DNA of 50,720 nucleotides, taken from NCBI GenBank assembly GCA_022729335.1, contig JALDAE010000002.1, forward strand, positions 1 through 50,720, in the 5' to 3' direction. Shown here piece after piece: positions 45,346 through 50,720 of this stretch. How positions within the stretch are numbered: position 1 is the stretch's first letter; each line of letters starts with the position of its first letter. The translations under genes and the position numbers were made by a program. This DNA is from Candidatus Nanoanaerosalina halalkaliphila. Lineage in GTDB: Archaea; Nanohalarchaeota; Nanosalinia; Nanosalinales; Nanoanaerosalinaceae. Below the pieces are notes generated by a model. The model was not told where the DNA came from. It was given only the letters and a program-made list of their open reading frames with translations, and searched no databases.

Positions 45346-45795
45346 TTATTCCTCTGTAACATCCTCTACAACGGTGTCCTCGTCCACCATGTATCTAGGA
45401 TCAAGTTCAAGCATTTTCTTTCTTCCTCCTCCGCCACCATAAACGACCTTCCTCTCTAAAAGTTCCTCATCGACTACTTTTTTTAATCCTGTGCCCACCG
45501 GGGGAACTTCACCCACACTATAACCTGTTAGCTCCTCCACTTTTTCAGGTGATGCCATACTTGCGGATTCAGCGGAAAAAACATCCTCTAATTTATCAAA
45601 TGAAACCCTTTTATCGCCTCTGATAACTACAAGTACGTCATCATTGTCTATTTCCACCACCAGACTTTTTATTATGTTGTTTTCGTCAGTATTAAGTGCG
45701 TTAGCTGCCTGAGACACGGTGTTTGTTTTGCTGGAAACCTCTATTATCTCCGCATCTATGCCTCTATTTTCTATAGTTCTTTCCAAATCGTTCAT
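45346..45795 (-). CDS. YbaK/ProX-type aminoacyl-tRNA trans-editing deacylase
   Basis: IKSLVVEI...VLVVIRGDKRVSFDKLE...TGYSVGEVPPVG pattern. ATG at 45795 with AGGTGAT upstream; the track GTG at 45804 lies inside that SD. Confidence 0.75.
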   Translation of the reverse strand: MNDLERTIENRGIDAEIIEVSSKTNTVSQAANALNTDENNIIKSLVVEIDNDDVLVVIRGDKRVSFDKLEDVFSAESASMASPEKVEELTGYSVGEVPPVGTGLKKVVDEELLERKVVYGGGGGRKKMLELDPRYMVDEDTVVEDVTEE

Positions 45796-45804
45796 TAAAA
45801 TCAC

Positions 45805-48800
45805 CTAGTTAACCGGTTCAGAAAAGGAAAAACTGATTTTTAGTCCTTTGAACTCAACTTCACCAGTTTTTGACAGCTCTTCACCACCAAATACAACTTC
45901 ATCAAGGTTTATCCTTTTCTCGAGTAGATCCTTGTTGTCCTTTACAGGCTCATAATCTCCTTTAATGTTTAACTTTACTTTGTCAGACACTTCTAATTCT
46001 TCCTCCTTTCTCTTTTGTTGTATGGCTCTCACAACTTCCCTGACAAAGGATTTGTTCTTTATTTCCTCCGTCATGTTCAAATCAAGATACAGCCTTCCAC
46101 CGGAGAACTCTTTGCCTCTCACGTTTTCCGAGGTTTCCTTCACTATTTCTACATCTTCCTCCTCCACTTCGAAACCATCTATCCTTATAGTGCCCGTGTC
46201 CCGAAGCTGCTCAACATCGGAGTGATCCAGTCCCTCGAGAAGGTTTGCGACTTTCTCGGCTTTTTCGCCAAACTTGGGGCCTATACTGGAGTAATCAGGT
46301 CTGGCTTTCAGGCTAGTGGAGACTTCTCCGAACTCAAACTCTTCTACATTTGCCATGTCCTTGATTATGTAGATCAGATCGTTTAGATTGTACTTTACTT
46401 CATCTTCAGTAGACACTATCATTTTCTTGGCCGGCCATCTCAAACTGTACTGCTTTTCATCCCTTATTTTAACAGCTTTCTGAACCATCTCTCTCACGAG
46501 TTCCATCGATTCCTCAAGCTCCCTATCCATAAACTCTTCATCAGTTATGGGGTAGCTTTCCATGTGTACAGAATCTTCTTTGCCTCCAAGATCCTGGTAG
46601 ACTTTCTCGGCGGTGTAAGGAGCTATAGGGGCAAGCAGTAGATTCGTCTTTTTGACGACTTCGTTCAGCGTCCATGCTGCTGCATCGTCTCCTTTCTTCA
46701 CCCTGTCTCTCACGACTTTGACATACCATCTTGAAAGGTCTTCAAGCACAAAGCTCTCTATTTCTCTTGTGACCTCGTGGAAAAGCGCGTTTTCCATCTT
46801 GTCGGAAACGTCTTCTATCAGATGGTTTGTTTTCGATAGTATCCATCTGTCCTCTTCTTTGAGTTCCTCCGGTCTTTCAAGTTTTTCCGGGTTCTCAACA
46901 TATGTATCAACGAACTCCTTTGTGTTGTAAAATACGGAGAAGAACCTGTATATCTCGTCCTCTATCTCTGTCTCGTCGTACTTGGTCTGTTCCCATGGAG
47001 CAGCAACCCACATCGAGTAAAAGCGTGGTATATCCGAGCCGTATTTTTCCACCTGTTCCACAGGATCCACCACATTACCAACAGATTTCGACATTTTTTT
47101 ACCTTCCTCGTCCAGCACGTGGGCCTGGAAAAGAACTTCATCGAACTGTCTGGAGTCAAAGCCAAGTATTCCGCAGAACATCAGAGAGTAGAACCATCCT
47201 CTTATCTGATCCGATGCCTCCGTTATGAAATCAACAGGGAACCTGTCCTCGGGAACATCATCGAAAGGATAATGCATCGATGCGAAAGGAGCGCATCCTG
47301 AATCAAACCACACGTCCAGTATATCCTTGACTCTTTCGTAATCTCCTCCACAGTCACACTCCCATGTTATATCGTCAACAACATGCTTGTGAGGATCAAA
47401 ATCCTCTGGAAGCGACCCTGCAAGTTCTTCGAGGCGGTCGAAACTCCCGACAACCTCTTCTTCACCACATTCCTGGCAAACCCATACAGGCACAGGAGTT
47501 CCCCAGTAGTTCTGTCGGGAAATACACCAGTCCGGGCTTTTTTCGACGAAGTTCTTGAATCTCTTCATTATATGGTCAGGAATCCAGTTGACCTCTTCCT
47601 CAGTCTCCTCAAGTATCCTCTGTTTTACCTCTTGGTTCTTTATGAACCACTGGTCTTCAGCTCTGTAAACAAGTTTGGTTTTACATCTCCAGCAATGGGG
47701 ATACTCGTGCCGGTATTTTTCAGAGTGAAGCATCAAATTCTTTTCCCTGAGTCTATCATTTATATCTTCTTCTGCATCAAATACATAAACTCCGCTGAAT
47801 TCTCCTGCCTCTTGAGTGTAAACTCCTTCTTTATCCACAGGAGAGTAAACAGGTATATCAAGTTTCATCGCTTCTTCGTAGTCTTCCTGTCCGTGCCCGG
47901 AGGCTGCGTGAACCAGTCCGGTTCCCTCCTCAAGTGTCACAAGTTCTTCAGATGTATGAACCCTGTGGACCTTTTCTTCCTCATCCAGCTCTTTCTGATT
48001 GGGAATTTCGTCTACGAAAGGATGCTTGTACTTCTTGCCCTGTAACTCTATTCCCTTGAAACTTCCAAGAACCTCGTATTCCTCTTCCGAATAACCTGAT
48101 TTTTCCATAACTCTTTCAACCAACTGAGAAGCTATTATCAATACTTCATTATCAACTTCAACTCTTGAATAGTCGAATTCAGGGTGTACAAATACAGCCA
48201 TGTTCGCAGGTATCGTCCATGGGGTCGTGGTCCATATAACCACTTTTTCCTCCCTGTTCTCCAGAGGGAACTTCACAAAAATAGCTGTGTCCTCAACTTC
48301 TTGGTACTCGTCTGTAACTTCGTAACCTGATAGAGAGGTCTGGCACCTAGGACACCAGTGTATAGGTTTTTCAGCCTGGAAAAGAAGTCCCTGTTCATGA
48401 GCCTTTTTTACAAGCCACCATTCGCTTTCGATATAGTCATTTGTGTATGTCAGGTACGGATCTTCAAAATCCTGCCATATGGCAAGATCTTCCATAACTC
48501 CTACCCATAGATCCTGTGCGGAGGTGGCTCTTTCCCTGCATTCCTTGATGAATTCTTCTGCAGATATGCTTTTTCCTATCTCGTTTTTATCCTCTATCTC
48601 CAGTTCTTCCTCGGTAGCGAGCTCGTTCGGTAGGCCGTGTGTGTCAAAACCTGCCTGATCCCAGACATCGTATCCCTGCATCTGTCTGAATCTAAGAACC
48701 ACGTCCTTCAGAACCTTCCCCTGCATGTGACCAACGTGTGGAGCACCGTTCAGATACGGAGGGCCGTCAATAAGAATGAATTCCTCGTTTCCCTCTGTGG

Positions 48801-48882
48801 ACTCCCTCACTTTTTCGACTATGTTGTGCTCCTTCCAGTACTGCGATATCTCCGACTGTACCTCGATGGGTTCAAAGGACAT
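45805..48882 (-). CDS. ileS: Isoleucyl-tRNA synthetase
   Basis: PPYLNGAPHVGH (HIGH-type) and KMSKS motifs, CP1 editing domain, and Zn-type CxxC pairs (CPRC, CWRC, CQEC). ATG at 48882 is preferred over the track TTG at 48891. Confidence 0.9.
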   Translation of the reverse strand: MSFEPIEVQSEISQYWKEHNIVEKVRESTEGNEEFILIDGPPYLNGAPHVGHMQGKVLKDVVLRFRQMQGYDVWDQAGFDTHGLPNELATEEELEIEDKNEIGKSISAEEFIKECRERATSAQDLWVGVMEDLAIWQDFEDPYLTYTNDYIESEWWLVKKAHEQGLLFQAEKPIHWCPRCQTSLSGYEVTDEYQEVEDTAIFVKFPLENREEKVVIWTTTPWTIPANMAVFVHPEFDYSRVEVDNEVLIIASQLVERVMEKSGYSEEEYEVLGSFKGIELQGKKYKHPFVDEIPNQKELDEEEKVHRVHTSEELVTLEEGTGLVHAASGHGQEDYEEAMKLDIPVYSPVDKEGVYTQEAGEFSGVYVFDAEEDINDRLREKNLMLHSEKYRHEYPHCWRCKTKLVYRAEDQWFIKNQEVKQRILEETEEEVNWIPDHIMKRFKNFVEKSPDWCISRQNYWGTPVPVWVCQECGEEEVVGSFDRLEELAGSLPEDFDPHKHVVDDITWECDCGGDYERVKDILDVWFDSGCAPFASMHYPFDDVPEDRFPVDFITEASDQIRGWFYSLMFCGILGFDSRQFDEVLFQAHVLDEEGKKMSKSVGNVVDPVEQVEKYGSDIPRFYSMWVAAPWEQTKYDETEIEDEIYRFFSVFYNTKEFVDTYVENPEKLERPEELKEEDRWILSKTNHLIEDVSDKMENALFHEVTREIESFVLEDLSRWYVKVVRDRVKKGDDAAAWTLNEVVKKTNLLLAPIAPYTAEKVYQDLGGKEDSVHMESYPITDEEFMDRELEESMELVREMVQKAVKIRDEKQYSLRWPAKKMIVSTEDEVKYNLNDLIYIIKDMANVEEFEFGEVSTSLKARPDYSSIGPKFGEKAEKVANLLEGLDHSDVEQLRDTGTIRIDGFEVEEEDVEIVKETSENVRGKEFSGGRLYLDLNMTEEIKNKSFVREVVRAIQQKRKEEELEVSDKVKLNIKGDYEPVKDNKDLLEKRINLDEVVFGGEELSKTGEVEFKGLKISFSFSEPVN

Positions 48883-48963
48883 GATTATCAACTTTTTCCT
48901 AATTACCTACTAATCTTTAAGTTTTTCACCCTTTAAAGAAACCGGTTAAACAAATGTGGAAAA

Positions 48964-49395
48964 TTATTTGCCCTCGGAATTCTTTTTCAAAATCTTTTCT
49001 ACCTCTTCTAAAGCATATTTTCTGGAGGTGAACCCGTAATCAGGCAGATCCTTGTCAGGTTCAAAACCCCTGAATTCTATATCCCAGAAACCGGTGTCTC
49101 TCTTGAAAACACGTATTTCAGAGTCTGTTCCTGTATGTCTCCACACATCATCGGATGTCTTTTTCCACCTGCCGGTCTTCCTGAGATCCTTTACCTGATT
49201 CGAAAACCTCCGGTTACCTTTCTTCGAAACCTCCAGCTCCTCACCTCTCTCAAATATCTCATACAATCCTCCTTTTGGCCCTTCAACAACCAGAAAGTTG
49301 TTTTTACTTTCCTTAACTTTGAGAGGTTGTTTTCTCTCGTTGAAAAGGATGAAATCTCCTTCTTCCAGGTTTTCAAAAAGTGTTTTTTTATCCAC
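48964..49395 (-). CDS. Hypothetical protein
   Basis: 143-aa ORF with only a GTG start available. No recognised motif. Same strand and 30 nt downstream of the PHP-like gene. Confidence 0.4.
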   Translation of the reverse strand: MDKKTLFENLEEGDFILFNERKQPLKVKESKNNFLVVEGPKGGLYEIFERGEELEVSKKGNRRFSNQVKDLRKTGRWKKTSDDVWRHTGTDSEIRVFKRDTGFWDIEFRGFEPDKDLPDYGFTSRKYALEEVEKILKKNSEGK

Positions 49396-49425
49396 ATCAA
49401 ATAACTGGTTCCAAAACTTGATAAA

Positions 49426-50499
49426 TCAAAGAATTTCCTTCAGAATTTCAATGGGATCCCTGGTGTTTTCCCTTATCTCTTCAGGGTTTATGTTTTCCAG
49501 GGATTTGCAGAAACTTTCAAACAAATTGTCGAACTCTTCTTTTTCGTAGGGTAAAAATTTTCGGTATATTCCTGTTTTGTAGAGAGGTAGAACTCCTGGA
49601 AAAGTCTGAAAAAATTCTCTCCAGCTCGTCCCTTCACCGGTATCTTCCCAGCTCAATACCCTGGGTTTCAAAATTTCGTCAGTGTTTATCTCTCCCTCAA
49701 AAAGCTTTTTGATAGCTTCACGGCCAAGAACACCTGCGCCTTCAAGTTTTTCAGGTATGGCGCAGTGTATATCCATCTCTGAAATAACAGGTACTTCGAA
49801 CTCCCATGAAATCGAGGCCACGTTCTCAAAATCCTTGTATTTCGGATTGATACTGTTGAGAACATCCGATCCTCGGAGCTCAACAACTCCATTAATAAGT
49901 TCATGCAGTCTTCTGTACTTGCCATGAGAAACCCTGTTGAAAAAACCGGTGTACCCCGACGAGAACCCAACGGCGGAATCTATATTTCTATCATTTGCCT
50001 CTCTGTAAAACCTTCTCAACACGGTGTCAGGAATCTTGTAATGAGGTGTGAACGGATGAGCCGGCATGGCCCATTCAACTTTTTCCGCTTCATCCATAAA
50101 TTCGTCAAATGATATGTTGTAAAAAGTTCTTTCATCTTCAACAGGTACACCGCAGAGCAGAAAATGTACGTTGTATTTTTCGACCGAGCATTCAACAGAA
50201 TTAATAACAGATACTTTCCTTCCGTCAAGCTCAAAGGATGCATGACTTTCGAAAAGTTCGAATTCGCCGCCTTTTTCCACTACTCTGTCCTCCAAGCTTT
50301 CAAAAGTCTCAACGGAACTACCCCAGTGCTCTGTGATGTTAAAAACTAGGTCTATATCTTTAGGTATGCTTTCCACAAACTTTATTAAGTCTACAGCGTG
50401 GTTGTAATCACCGTAATTCCATATACCCTTAATTTCTTTCATCCTTTTATTGGATTCGTGGGTATGAAGGTGGTTGACAAATACAACTGGGTTGCTCAT
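49426..50499 (-). CDS. PHP-domain-like metal-dependent phosphoesterase (tentative)
   Basis: His/Asp pattern reminiscent of PHP motifs: VNHLHTHES, ITEH, MPAHPF, SEMDIHC. Weak, by-eye assignment. ATG at 50499. Confidence 0.4.
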   Translation of the reverse strand: MSNPVVFVNHLHTHESNKRMKEIKGIWNYGDYNHAVDLIKFVESIPKDIDLVFNITEHWGSSVETFESLEDRVVEKGGEFELFESHASFELDGRKVSVINSVECSVEKYNVHFLLCGVPVEDERTFYNISFDEFMDEAEKVEWAMPAHPFTPHYKIPDTVLRRFYREANDRNIDSAVGFSSGYTGFFNRVSHGKYRRLHELINGVVELRGSDVLNSINPKYKDFENVASISWEFEVPVISEMDIHCAIPEKLEGAGVLGREAIKKLFEGEINTDEILKPRVLSWEDTGEGTSWREFFQTFPGVLPLYKTGIYRKFLPYEKEEFDNLFESFCKSLENINPEEIRENTRDPIEILKEIL

Positions 50500-50602
50500 C
50501 AATTATAGATGTTAAAGAGAAGTTTTTAACGGTTTTCCGAATACTGTTTTTAATCACAACCCTAATAATATTTAACCTCATATATGTTATTACTTGATAT
50601 AA

Positions 50603-50720
50603 ATGGCTAGAAAAAGAATATCTCTGACTCTGGCAGAAGAGCTTGTGGATAAAATTGACAGAGAAAAAGAGAAAAATAAGATCAACAATAGGTCCAGAGC
50701 TGTTGAAACGTTTTTGAAAG
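50603..50720 (+). CDS. Ribbon-helix-helix (CopG-like) DNA-binding protein, 5' fragment running off the window
   Basis: ATG at 50603. MARKRISLTLAEELVDKIDREKEKNKINNRSRAVETFLK has the RHH beta-strand (RISLTL) and helix pattern. No stop codon within the window. Confidence 0.45.
   Translation, partial: MARKRISLTLAEELVDKIDREKEKNKINNRSRAVETFLK

Noticed and set aside
47383-48045. 220-aa plus-strand ORF inside ileS
   Set aside because: It is antisense to the IleRS catalytic core, which carries clear class-I synthetase motifs.
1-50720. Search for CRISPR arrays, transposases, integrases, prophage genes, toxin-antitoxin pairs or known defence systems
   Set aside because: I saw no regularly spaced repeat-spacer structure. 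No ORF had recognisable Cas, transposase (DDE), integrase (tyrosine or serine recombinase), restriction-modification or other defence motifs. The only TA-like hint is the partial RHH gene at the window end, which is insufficient on its own.

Overview
Gene-dense archaeal chromosome segment with about 40 protein genes and one tRNA. I saw no rRNA, CRISPR array, transposase or integrase.

Archaeal origin is supported by Nop5 plus fibrillarin, a type-II archaeal GAPDH, a class-IA FBP aldolase, an ADP-dependent sugar kinase, an archaeal-type AspRS and an initiator tRNA-Met with an A1:U72 pair. Predicted proteins are very acidic (E/D rich). Genes abut or overlap by 1-11 nt (ATGA, TGATG and GTGATTAA junctions), and GGAGG/GGTG Shine-Dalgarno motifs precede many genes. 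Together with the gene content, this fits a small-genome salt-in halophilic archaeon such as a nanohaloarchaeon (DPANN). That taxonomic call is inference only.

Content blocks:
1. 208-7195: a GT4 glycosyltransferase, then a 1247-aa sequon-rich secreted protein, a secreted lamin-tail-domain protein and a small membrane protein.
2. 7198-16000: NFACT/Rqc2 homolog, scpB, scpA, a GT2, an unusually short SMC, aspS and rnhB.
3. 16774-30189: a dense glycolysis and glycogen island. It holds gap, a GH57 amylase, a GlgA-like GT, a half-size GT, pgi, a eukaryote-type GT3 glycogen synthase, a debranching enzyme, an ADP-dependent kinase, a HIT protein, a MinD-like ATPase, pgk and fba.
4. 30270-35851: initiator tRNA, then a translationally coupled pair of surface proteins (a 473-aa membrane-anchored Ig-like repeat protein and a 1073-aa hyper-acidic Cys-capped secreted protein). 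Upstream lie phased direct repeats, a small zinc-finger ORF and about 500 nt of structured non-coding DNA.
5. 35852-43001: an isochorismatase-family hydrolase, a complete 2-oxoacid (pyruvate) dehydrogenase operon (E1 alpha, E1 beta, E2, E3) and nop5-fibrillarin.
6. 43002-50720: a DUF389-like membrane protein, a DHH phosphoesterase, a YbaK-type deacylase, ileS, two unknowns (one PHP-like) and a partial RHH regulator.

The best candidates for something undescribed are the surface-protein module with its upstream repeat and RNA-structure region (30401-35851), the glycogen synthase operon with its half-GT (19068-23803), and the short-armed SMC. All functional calls come from motif recognition by eye, and no database search was possible.
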